Positions 19,405-28,351 of a DNA stretch of 64,000 nt are shown here, one piece after another. How positions within the stretch are numbered: the stretch's first letter is position 1; every line of letters begins with the position of its first letter. The notes beneath the pieces were generated by a model that was not told where the DNA came from, did not search any database, and saw nothing but the letters and a program-made list of their open reading frames with translations. The position numbers and the translations under genes were made by a program. Source of the stretch: a virus; IMG/VR virus record IMGVR_UViG_3300009078_000075, positions 1-64,000 of that record. The stretch is one strand, 5' to 3'.

Positions 19405-20098
19405 TATTTTTCCTCATATAATATATTTTATTATTTAAATAAGAAGTTAATTTAAAATTATATTTTTCAATTAAGTTATTTAACTTATCTTTACTATAAA
19501 CATTAACATAGGCCCCTTCATGATTAAATCCATCCCGATCATTCCATGTAAATTTTTCTTCACCGGGGGGGCAAAACCATGAAATGATACACAATTTCTT
19601 TGTTGCCTTTAATATGTTTTCAAAAAATAGGTAACAATTATCAGGATGTTGATGTTCTAACACATGCCGAGTATATATGATATCTGATTTTAATAATGAA
19701 TTAAAATCCCCTACTTTAAATTTATAATTATTATATTTACAAAATTCCTCTCTTGCAAATTCAACAAATTGAGGGGTAACCTCTTGTCCCGTGTATTCTA
19801 TTGTTTCTATATCATGAAGTAACATGAAACAATGGGCAAAATCATAACATTGTCCAAATCCCAGTTCCAAAAAAGTTAATGGAGATTTATAATAAAAAGC
19901 AGAATTTGTAACTGCACTTTGAGGGGGGGAAATACTTTCCAAATATGAATGAAGCAATTCATATACCTTTTCCCGATCTTCTTGATGAAAGGTATGAGTC
20001 AGAAATTGAATCCATTGTTCTTTTGTTATTTTAGATTGCCATGGGGCAGTAAAATCATGAGCTAAAAAATTTGAATCTTTTTGTGTTTCTGTTTTCAT
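19397..20098 (-). CDS. Class I SAM-dependent methyltransferase
   Basis: FLELGFG, YTGQEVT and DIIYTRHVLEH motifs. Confidence 0.75.
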   Translation of the reverse strand: MKTETQKDSNFLAHDFTAPWQSKITKEQWIQFLTHTFHQEDREKVYELLHSYLESISPPQSAVTNSAFYYKSPLTFLELGFGQCYDFAHCFMLLHDIETIEYTGQEVTPQFVEFAREEFCKYNNYKFKVGDFNSLLKSDIIYTRHVLEHQHPDNCYLFFENILKATKKLCIISWFCPPGEEKFTWNDRDGFNHEGAYVNVYSKDKLNNLIEKYNFKLTSYLNNKIYYMRKNNE

Positions 20099-20273
20099 TA
20101 TTTATTTCCTATCTGCCTTCGGCGATCATCAATTGCTTTTTGAATTAAAGGAATTTGATTTTTTTGTGCCCTTTGTTTGGCATTCCCTCCTGCATATCTT
20201 GTCCAATTTCCTTCTTGTCGAAAAGTTATCTTTCTAAAATCTTTTCCTTGAATTATTTGTCCCATGTTATCTC

Positions 20274-20465
20274 CTATTCTAATGTATTTAAAAACGGATT
20301 ATAATATTTTGAATCTTTATTAATATATTCTACTTTACCATTTTTAATAAGCTTTTGTCTTCCAGTATTCCCTTCACGAACAACAATATAATCATCCTTA
20401 TCATCGATTAAATCTTCCTGTTCCCACCTTTCCGCTATCGGAGGTTGTTTTGGTAATTTTTTCAT
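20274..20465 (-). CDS. Small protein, candidate immunity partner of the ADP-ribosyltransferase
   Basis: 63-aa ORF directly downstream of the ART-domain gene; function inferred from position only. Confidence 0.45.
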   Translation of the reverse strand: MKKLPKQPPIAERWEQEDLIDDKDDYIVVREGNTGRQKLIKNGKVEYINKDSKYYNPFLNTLE

Positions 20466-20478
20466 ATTATTATTCCTT

Positions 20479-21633
20479 TCATTTAATTATTATTGAATCA
20501 AGAGGTGTAATTTTTTTAAGTTGAGCTTGAACAAAAAGAATTGGTTCTTTATTCAATCCTAATTTTATTTCTCTTTTTGATAAAATTTCCAATACATTTC
20601 TTTTACTAATAATAACTTCTTTTTCACTATAATATTCAGATAAAAATTTAACAGAACTTCCAGCAGGAGTTCCCCCAATTATATGTAATAAAACCCCTTT
20701 TCCATATTGTTTATGATTTAAAAATAATTTACTACTGTTCATTGCTATTTTTTTATCTGTACTTGTTGAAGAAAAAGCAGACAATTGATAAGTGTCCCCT
20801 TTTTTTAAATTTTCAAAATCACCACGTTTTCCTCTCATTCCTCGCCATAAATCCCCTGTTGGCATTCTGGGAGCTAAATCAAGCCATTTTTCAATAAGAT
20901 TTGCTTTTTTTATTTCATTTGGATCATCATTTTTTCCTTTTTGTGCTTTTCTTAAATCTACACTTGTTCTGGTAAATTGTAATAAACCATTATGTAAATT
21001 AATTATTTCATCTGTTTGTTCTTTTGATAATTTAAAATATTCTTTATTAAATAAATCTTTTGCAAGAGTATTATATTGTTCAGGATATGACATTTCATCA
21101 TTTTTTGAATAATGTCCTCTTATAGGTTTATTATATAAATAATGATCTTTTAATGATTTTTTTTCTTCTTCCAATTTTTTAATTTCTTTTTCAAGTTGTT
21201 TTTTCATTTCTTCCGCTTGACGTATTACTTTTTCTCTTTCTTTTTTTTCTTCCACTTTTTGTTTTTCCTGCAAATGTTTTAACTTTGCATCATTCAAATC
21301 TTTTGCCGATAATTTATATTTTGTTTTTAAATCATTAACAGTTAAAATTTTATTTGATTTTATATCTGAAAATTGTTCAAATTTTACTTTACCTTCTTTA
21401 TATAAAGCATATTTTGTTCCCCCCAATACCTCTTTCTGAAAATCCCCTGATTGCCTTTCAAACCAGTCACTATAAGAAACCGATCCTGGTACATTTTTAT
21501 AAACATATTTTCCCTGTTTTTCATCCCATTCTTTTGCTGGTCTCTCAATTTCTTCTAAATTTTCAAGCCGGGTAACAGCAGAGATAATACATCGACAACC
21601 AGGATGAAGAGGCGGAATAGGTAATTGTTTCAT
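20479..21633 (-). CDS. MuF (SPP1 gp7-like) C-terminal fragment fused to ADP-ribosyltransferase toxin domain
   Basis: Begins PPLHPGCRC, then SYSDWF..Q...Q.EVLG. C-terminal R-S-E motifs LWRG, FSSTS, SEKEVI. Confidence 0.8.
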   Translation of the reverse strand: MKQLPIPPLHPGCRCIISAVTRLENLEEIERPAKEWDEKQGKYVYKNVPGSVSYSDWFERQSGDFQKEVLGGTKYALYKEGKVKFEQFSDIKSNKILTVNDLKTKYKLSAKDLNDAKLKHLQEKQKVEEKKEREKVIRQAEEMKKQLEKEIKKLEEEKKSLKDHYLYNKPIRGHYSKNDEMSYPEQYNTLAKDLFNKEYFKLSKEQTDEIINLHNGLLQFTRTSVDLRKAQKGKNDDPNEIKKANLIEKWLDLAPRMPTGDLWRGMRGKRGDFENLKKGDTYQLSAFSSTSTDKKIAMNSSKLFLNHKQYGKGVLLHIIGGTPAGSSVKFLSEYYSEKEVIISKRNVLEILSKREIKLGLNKEPILFVQAQLKKITPLDSIIIK

Positions 21634-21818
21634 TTTATTTCAATATATCCTTTATAATCCTTGCCTTCAATAATTTTTATTATCTCATCATAAGATATAT
21701 TAAATATGCTCTCATCGGGGGAAAGTTCTTGTATAATATCCCCAATATATGTTTTCCCATATGCCCCTGCCTGTACAAATAAATTACCATTTTTCATTTT
21801 AGATATAAACAATTTCAT
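21630..21818 (-). CDS. Small protein, candidate immunity partner of the metallopeptidase
   Basis: MKLFISK start has ATGA overlaps with both neighbours; paralog at 57853..58050. Confidence 0.6.
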   Translation of the reverse strand: MKLFISKMKNGNLFVQAGAYGKTYIGDIIQELSPDESIFNISYDEIIKIIEGKDYKGYIEIK

Positions 21819-23287
21819 TTTATTTCCACTCCAAATCTCTTTTTTAAAAAGTCTTTCATATATGATGCCGTATTCGGCCAATCTTCATAATAAGAATCTG
21901 GAAGTATCCCCAAATTACTTGGTTGTCCCATCATAACAGCAAATAATTCTGCAAATGTTTCTCTTTGACCAATCCCCTTTTGTTGAAGAAGATATGCATA
22001 TTTATTTTGATTATAAGTAAGCCCTGTTTGTTGAAAAGTAGCTTGATCCCAAGGATCTTTTTTATTAGCAATATTAGCCCTATCTTTTATATATGCATCT
22101 ACAAAACCTGTATCATGATTACTAAATACTCCATATTGTATCTTTGGAAAAAATTCACTTCCTAAAAGTTGATCTATTGCATGTCCTGATTCATGAAATG
22201 TCATTCCTTTTACTCGTGATATAGATTCTTTATATACCTTTGATCTATCAATAGAACCTATTTTTGTTACTTTTTCAGCAAATGACATTTGTTTATTATT
22301 CCAGTCATAAATACCGCTAACATTATCAAAAGATGCGTCTTTACCCCATCCCGTTGGTTTTTCATTTATAAGATGTGGATTTATATTTGTTTGGAATTCC
22401 CCTATTTTAATAGTAGTTCCATATTTATTTAAAGCATTTTGTATTGGAACAGGAATTGTTTTTATATAATTATTTATATTAATTACGAAATCAGCAGAAA
22501 CATTTTCACCAGCAACTACAGTAATCGGAATTTTTTTCATTTCTTCTTTTTTCATTTCTTCTTTTTTCATTTCTTTTACTTTTTTTAATTTCAGAATATC
22601 CCCTGTTTTTCCATCAAGTTTAGCACAAAGCAAACATGTTTTATGATCAAGGGTTGCCACAAAGCGGTATGTTTCAATAAATTCAGAATTATCATTATAA
22701 CATTGTTGTAATGCTTTATTTGATGCATCCATTATTGCCGTTCTTGTTAATGTCTTTGCCTGTGCTGAGGACATTCCAAATGTATTTTTGATATCCCTTG
22801 AAATATCATTTATTCCTTTTCCGAGAATTAACCCGGACATAAGGTTATGTTTAATCCCCTGTAAAGTATTTGCTTCGAGTTTTGAAATCCAATTTTCAAG
22901 GGTATTTCCACAAATAGGATTTGTTAAAATAGAATTTAACGCTTCACCCGGGAGACCCATTAAAGGGGCATTTTCAGCAATTGCTTTTATCCCTGCATCT
23001 GTCTTTATTGCATTTGAAATTGAATTATACTCAACTTGGGCTGTATCAGACATGGCGTTTCTTATCACGTCATTTATTTCTTCATATTGAGATTGTAATA
23101 TAGCAATGGATTCGGCTAACACTGCTTCATAATGTGCCCTTGTTATTTCATTCATTTTTTTTGATTCCAATTTTTTTAAAATATCAAATTGGGCTTTTCT
23201 TAATTCTTCAAAGACATCTTTAGTTACCCCATTTTCAAATTGTTCAAGAAAATGTCTATTTTTAATTATAAGATCATTAATAGTCAT
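21815..23287 (-). CDS. MuF minor head protein N-terminal part fused to zinc metallopeptidase domain
   Basis: AKTLTRT, YRFVATLDHKTCLLCAKLDGK (MuF), then HESGH (HExxH) and ETFAE (lethal-factor/MPTase-like). Confidence 0.8.
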   Translation of the reverse strand: MTINDLIIKNRHFLEQFENGVTKDVFEELRKAQFDILKKLESKKMNEITRAHYEAVLAESIAILQSQYEEINDVIRNAMSDTAQVEYNSISNAIKTDAGIKAIAENAPLMGLPGEALNSILTNPICGNTLENWISKLEANTLQGIKHNLMSGLILGKGINDISRDIKNTFGMSSAQAKTLTRTAIMDASNKALQQCYNDNSEFIETYRFVATLDHKTCLLCAKLDGKTGDILKLKKVKEMKKEEMKKEEMKKIPITVVAGENVSADFVININNYIKTIPVPIQNALNKYGTTIKIGEFQTNINPHLINEKPTGWGKDASFDNVSGIYDWNNKQMSFAEKVTKIGSIDRSKVYKESISRVKGMTFHESGHAIDQLLGSEFFPKIQYGVFSNHDTGFVDAYIKDRANIANKKDPWDQATFQQTGLTYNQNKYAYLLQQKGIGQRETFAELFAVMMGQPSNLGILPDSYYEDWPNTASYMKDFLKKRFGVEIK

Positions 23288-23299
23288 ATATAATATGTA

Positions 23300-24823
23300 T
23301 TATTCATTAGAAAAAGGAATCGAAGAAACTTCCTCTTCATTAATTTGTTCCTTTTCTTTTTCTTCATCAAAATTTCTTGGTAAAATTTCTCCCTCTTTCA
23401 TTATATTCCATAATGTTGATTGACTAAGGTCTTTTGTGCTTCTCATATTTAACAAAGTGGCAAGTAATTGTGCATCAATTTGATCGACATCATAATCTAA
23501 ATTATACCCAATGGTAATATTATCAATTTCTGATTCATTTAACTGCATCCATTCACCGGCAAATTTATGACATTGTTGTTCAGCAATAGCAAAATTAATT
23601 GATCTCCTTTGTAAATCCGACAATGAATCCAATCGATCCATTTTTTTTGCTTCTGCTGTTTCCCTTTGATTTGATAAATTTCTAACCTGTTTTAAGGCAA
23701 TATCATATATTGCAGTTAATATATCTTGTTCTGATAATCTTATTTTTTCAATCGATTGTCCACTTATTTCAACATATTGAAGTTTTGAATTAGCATCGGG
23801 ATTTGAAATTCCCATATCTTCCGATACCTTAATAGCATCTTGTGTATCCCATCCTGCAAAAAATAATAATGGGAAGGCACTCATTACCTCTGCATAATGC
23901 CGAGCCGAATGTTTATTAAAAAGCTCAATACACAAATCAGTAATATCTGCAATTGCAGATTTTCCTACCCCAAAAGATATTTTTTTATTGTAAAAAGGAA
24001 CTAATGGAATTTTTCCCAATGATATAGGAATTTCCCCAACAAGAACCGCCTGTTCTTTATCTCCTGTTTTTATATATTGCCAAATTTGATGTTTATTGGG
24101 ATATAAAATCCTATATTGTGTCACTGTTTGTTCGGGAAGAAACGGAACATTAAATGTAGACACATTTTCCCTTATCACAGCATATATGAGTTCTTGTTTC
24201 CCATTGTTTATATTAATCCCCCAGTCTAATACATTTCTTGGATCAATGGGGACATAATATGGGAATAACCCCGCTTTTTGTTCATCTAATATACTTACAT
24301 TTTCTTGTTCCATTAAAATTGTATTAACAGGAAATTCAACAAGGACCCAATATATTCCAAATACTTGTGCCTTTTCTGTAATATCAGAAAAAAATGAATT
24401 TCTACTTGTTCCCTTTCCATCTACATTATAAACTAATTCATCAAGACGATTTGGAAGAACCCGTTCTGGTTCTTTCCTCCATAAATGCCCTTGAAAGGTT
24501 TCAATTATTTGGGCACATTTATTGTAATAAACAGCTTCTTTTTTTCGTGTATCATATTTTTTTTGATGTTCATTCGGTCGCTTTATTAAATAAGTATTAT
24601 CAGGGGCATTTTGAATTTTCCCCCCGCCCTCAAAACAGTCAGATAATTTTTGCCAGCAAGGGATTAATAAATCATAATCTTTATTTTTTTTCTCTAAATC
24701 AAGCTCCTGATTATTTACTTGTTGTTTTGCCTTTAAAAAGGATACACTTTGTTTGTGCACTGTTTCAACATAAGAAACTTCTTGTCCATCAATTACCGTT
24801 GTTTTTTTTCTTTCAATTGCCAT
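23300..24823 (-). CDS. Portal protein
   Basis: 507 aa between TerL and MuF; YLIKRPNE..Y..R, NVDGKG, IPLVPFY, ETAEAKKMD motifs (DUF4055-like). Confidence 0.85.
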   Translation of the reverse strand: MAIERKKTTVIDGQEVSYVETVHKQSVSFLKAKQQVNNQELDLEKKNKDYDLLIPCWQKLSDCFEGGGKIQNAPDNTYLIKRPNEHQKKYDTRKKEAVYYNKCAQIIETFQGHLWRKEPERVLPNRLDELVYNVDGKGTSRNSFFSDITEKAQVFGIYWVLVEFPVNTILMEQENVSILDEQKAGLFPYYVPIDPRNVLDWGININNGKQELIYAVIRENVSTFNVPFLPEQTVTQYRILYPNKHQIWQYIKTGDKEQAVLVGEIPISLGKIPLVPFYNKKISFGVGKSAIADITDLCIELFNKHSARHYAEVMSAFPLLFFAGWDTQDAIKVSEDMGISNPDANSKLQYVEISGQSIEKIRLSEQDILTAIYDIALKQVRNLSNQRETAEAKKMDRLDSLSDLQRRSINFAIAEQQCHKFAGEWMQLNESEIDNITIGYNLDYDVDQIDAQLLATLLNMRSTKDLSQSTLWNIMKEGEILPRNFDEEKEKEQINEEEVSSIPFSNE

Positions 24824-24845
24824 TTTATTTTGTCCTTTCTAAAAA

Positions 24846-27209
24846 TTAAGCTATATAAACATCGGAAATATTAAAAGTATGGGCTAATCTTGATCTTTTT
24901 CTAAACATACAAGCATAACGTACTTCATCTGCTATATGATCCTCTTGACTATTTGCTATATCATCGGGATTTTTATCATCCCGAACAAGAAAAGGAACTG
25001 TTCTAATAAAATCAGTACATGTTGCTAATACATATAATAAAGGTCCCTGTGATTCCTCTTCCCCTTCAAATCGTCCCCTTAATTGTTGCCATCCTGGTAT
25101 TCTTGATTTATCAGATTGTACAAATAAATCATACCCCATTTGTTTAGCTATTGAATCTCCACCCCGCTCTTCCCAAATTTGATTATCTGCGGGCCCTTTC
25201 CTTATATTTAATGATGACCATTTTTTTTCTCTTTCAATTATTCCTTCCCCAATTTTTTTATTAAGTAATCGTAGCCCTGTATTTGGATTAATCGCTTTTT
25301 TATCATTTCCATACCATTCAGAAAATCGAATTAAGGTTCCCCTTGGATATGTTACCCCATTTGGTGCAGGGGTCCCATCTGATTCTGTCCACCATCCAAC
25401 TGAAAATGGGGACCCTGATCCCCAGTCAAAAGAACGAAAACAGAACCAATGTCTGGGAGGTATAAAACATTTTGACAAAGGAATTACATTTTTTGATGAG
25501 TTCCAAACATCGGAAAAAAATCCTCCAACATTTACATCCCATCGTCCATATACCCATGCTTTTACAAGTTCTTTATCGGGAAGAGCCAAAAGACGGGATC
25601 GATATTCGGGGTCCATATTCATAAAAGGAATATTTTCAAGCATGTTTCCAAATATAGAGACCCTTTTATGTCCTTTATCATTAATAACCGTTCCCCATGG
25701 TGCAGGATCAATAAAATAATTTTTAACTGCACTACGTCCGATTCCCCATGGATTCCCTGTGGACCGGATACGGATAGGAATACCCATCCCCGTTGCTCGG
25801 TTACAGCTAATCATACTTTGATAACAATCCATGTCTGGCCAATTTAATAATTCTTCCCATCCGATCCACGAATAACTATTTCCTGATAACCAAGTAGATC
25901 CATTTTGTCTAATAAAAAAATTATGATTTTTTTCAACACCTAAACAATAAACTTTACCATTATATTTTATTCGTTTAATTTGTGATTTTAATTTCTTTTT
26001 ATTTAATTTTCTAATTCTATTGTCAGTATATAATTTAAGTTCTTTTTTTGGATTAAAAGCAATTGTATATAAAATTTTATTTTTACAACCTTCTTTTTTT
26101 TGAATAGCAGAATAAACAGAATACCCGAGTTTTACCCCAATTTCTTGTAAATCATCACTCATTTTTTTAGATATTGTATATATATAAACTCTATTTTGCT
26201 GTTTTGTTCCATCTCCAAGTGCATATGCATCAAAAAAAGCTTGTAAACATTCTCTATTACTTTGTTTTATATTATTAGGAATATATTTATCTTTACATTT
26301 TCCAAATTTAGAAAGGTATAAATATTGTTTTTTATCTCTCCAAACAAATCCAAAATTAGTTTTATTATATTTAATTTTTAAATTGTCAAGAAGATTTTGT
26401 ATAATTTTTACATTTTGTTCCTTTTGTTGACAAATTCCTATTGTATAATGTTTTTTATAAAGATTGGTGTATCCCTCTGATAAAAACCATCCCATAAATT
26501 TACAATAATTAATATCTAAATTCTTTCCTTTTGTTAATTTCCATCCACTATTTTTTATTTTAGTTATTCTTGGTAATTTTGAATATTCTATCAATTCGTT
26601 TGAGATTGAAGGAAGTTTATGTTCTGGGGTAAAAGACATATATTTTCCACGACCATTATAAATTATTAAATCTCCATTATAATCTTCTATTGTTTTGGTT
26701 TTAACCATTTGATAAGATAATTCATTTTTTTTATTAGTACTTAAAACTTTTTCTCCTATTTTTATATTTTGAATAGGTATCCACCCATTTTTTGTTAAAA
26801 TATCCCCTTTATCTACACAATGCCCATGATAGTTATCGTAGTCATTTCGATCCCAAAAATATCGTAAATATAAAAGTTCCCCCCCCGGAAAAGCCCATGT
26901 ATAATCTGCTTTATTAAATTCTGCCTTTGGACATGCCATCCGAAACCATTTTTTTGATTTAATAACAAGATCTGATAATTGTTTATATGTTCGCCTAAAA
27001 AGAATCCCTCTCCAATCTGAGCCATACCCTTTTCCAACCTCTTGAAAGAAATCCATGATTAAAGCATCGGTCTTACCAACTGCCCGTGTACCTGTGTATA
27101 GTACTTGATGATAAGGACATGAAAGAAACAAACATTGAGATCCCGGATTTGGTTTCCAAACAACACTTAAATTATCAAGATTTTTTTTATTATTAAGTTC
27201 TCGGTTCAT
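24846..27209 (-). CDS. terL: Terminase large subunit containing an intein
   Basis: Walker A GTRAVGKT, Walker B-like WIGWEEL, STGNPWG, nuclease FDWG and EDHIADEVRY. Confidence 0.92.
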   Translation of the reverse strand: MNRELNNKKNLDNLSVVWKPNPGSQCLFLSCPYHQVLYTGTRAVGKTDALIMDFFQEVGKGYGSDWRGILFRRTYKQLSDLVIKSKKWFRMACPKAEFNKADYTWAFPGGELLYLRYFWDRNDYDNYHGHCVDKGDILTKNGWIPIQNIKIGEKVLSTNKKNELSYQMVKTKTIEDYNGDLIIYNGRGKYMSFTPEHKLPSISNELIEYSKLPRITKIKNSGWKLTKGKNLDINYCKFMGWFLSEGYTNLYKKHYTIGICQQKEQNVKIIQNLLDNLKIKYNKTNFGFVWRDKKQYLYLSKFGKCKDKYIPNNIKQSNRECLQAFFDAYALGDGTKQQNRVYIYTISKKMSDDLQEIGVKLGYSVYSAIQKKEGCKNKILYTIAFNPKKELKLYTDNRIRKLNKKKLKSQIKRIKYNGKVYCLGVEKNHNFFIRQNGSTWLSGNSYSWIGWEELLNWPDMDCYQSMISCNRATGMGIPIRIRSTGNPWGIGRSAVKNYFIDPAPWGTVINDKGHKRVSIFGNMLENIPFMNMDPEYRSRLLALPDKELVKAWVYGRWDVNVGGFFSDVWNSSKNVIPLSKCFIPPRHWFCFRSFDWGSGSPFSVGWWTESDGTPAPNGVTYPRGTLIRFSEWYGNDKKAINPNTGLRLLNKKIGEGIIEREKKWSSLNIRKGPADNQIWEERGGDSIAKQMGYDLFVQSDKSRIPGWQQLRGRFEGEEESQGPLLYVLATCTDFIRTVPFLVRDDKNPDDIANSQEDHIADEVRYACMFRKRSRLAHTFNISDVYIA
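25878..26819 (-). mobile_element. Intein (314 aa) with LAGLIDADG homing endonuclease
   Basis: Starts at Cys131 (CVDKGDILTKNGW), block B TPEHK, LAGLIDADG-like FMGWFLSEG and AYALGDG, ends VYCLGVEKNHNFF..GN followed by Ser+1. Confidence 0.9.
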
Positions 27210-27733
27210 TATTCTTTATCATTCATTTCCTCAATTTTGACTCTTGTTTCCTTCATCTGGGTATCCCAGTCTTTGTCATTAAAAATACCCGGTACTACCA
27301 CAACTCCAGTTTTTGTTTCAACATCAATATGAATATTTTGATTTGGATACATATTTTTCATTTTGGCGCAGGAATCAAAAAATTTATGAATTACATTATA
27401 ATCTTTTTCTCGATTTATTTCATTACCATTTTTATCATAAATACCCTTATCTGCTTCAAGTCCCTTTTTTGCTACTGAAATAAGATAAGGGGTAGTAATT
27501 CCCTGTGCTTCCATTTCTTCTGCAATAGTAATTCTAACTTTTTTCATTACGGCATCGGCCCGTACTGATGCCCTGTTATAATCATTTTTATCGGATAAGT
27601 CATATCCTTTTACGGCGGCAATTGCTCGGATCATGTTACCACCATTTTTAAGGTACTCTTCAACAAACCTAATATCAGAAGGTTTCAAATTTTCAAATCT
27701 TGGATTTAATTCTCGTTCTTGTTTTTTACTCAT
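27209..27733 (-). CDS. terS: Terminase small subunit
   Basis: RFVEEYLKNGGN...A HTH-like N-terminus; immediately upstream of TerL. Confidence 0.75.
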   Translation of the reverse strand: MSKKQERELNPRFENLKPSDIRFVEEYLKNGGNMIRAIAAVKGYDLSDKNDYNRASVRADAVMKKVRITIAEEMEAQGITTPYLISVAKKGLEADKGIYDKNGNEINREKDYNVIHKFFDSCAKMKNMYPNQNIHIDVETKTGVVVVPGIFNDKDWDTQMKETRVKIEEMNDKE

Positions 27734-27831
27734 TTTTTCTCCTTTTTTTATAAAAAACTCAATTAAAATGTATTTTCATATTTAATATACATAAAAATTT
27801 AAAAAAAATGTATTTATAATATATGATTCTT

Positions 27832-28039
27832 TTTCACATAATTACATCCCTTTTCATATCCCTTTTCCTTTTTCTTGTACTATTATATAAAAATAAACAT
27901 ATATTTATAGTATCCTCTTTCTTTTTTCTGTGCATATTTCTTGCAATATATAAATATTAACCGATTGAAAAAGCAAAATATGCCGATATATATAATAGAG
28001 AGGGAAAACAGCAACCTTTAACACAGGAGAAAGACAATG
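27832..28039 (+). repeat. 208-bp imperfect direct repeat, copy 1, containing promoter class A and RBS
   Basis: Collinear with 57648..57855 from TTTCACATAATTACATCCC to AGGAGAAAGAnAATG. Confidence 0.85.
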
Positions 28040-28279
28040 CATACAATGGAACATCTTGAAATGGAATTAAAAGATGCTCAATATGTTTATCATTTATCCC
28101 GTTTAAAAGCAGATCACATTGAAAAGGAATTGAATGACGCCAAACGGCAAGTTGAAATTCTTTCAAACCTATTGAAAGAAAAAAGGGAAGAGGAAACAAA
28201 CAATCATTTAAAAGTAATTGAAATTCATAGAAAAACAATTGAAATCATTCAAAAAGAGGAAAATTGTTATATTAAGTAA
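28037..28279 (+). CDS. Hypothetical coiled-coil protein
   Basis: AGGAG RBS; first gene after a class A promoter. Confidence 0.6.
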   Translation: MHTMEHLEMELKDAQYVYHLSRLKADHIEKELNDAKRQVEILSNLLKEKREEETNNHLKVIEIHRKTIEIIQKEENCYIK

Positions 28280-28351
28280 CATTTAAATATAAGGTTAATG
28301 AGAGAGGTTTTTGAAAGAAAACAGTAACCTTTAAATATAAGGAAATTTTAA

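Noticed and set aside
21634-22540. Group I/II intron or intein explaining the MuF split
   Set aside because: The insert is fully occupied by coupled ORFs; I saw no intron core or intein splice motifs.
27838-27855. Possible self-target of unit 1 (TAAAAGGGA+TGAACGGAT) in the 208-bp repeat, minus strand
   Set aside because: Only about 13 of 18 positions match in AT-rich DNA, which is not distinguishable from chance by eye.
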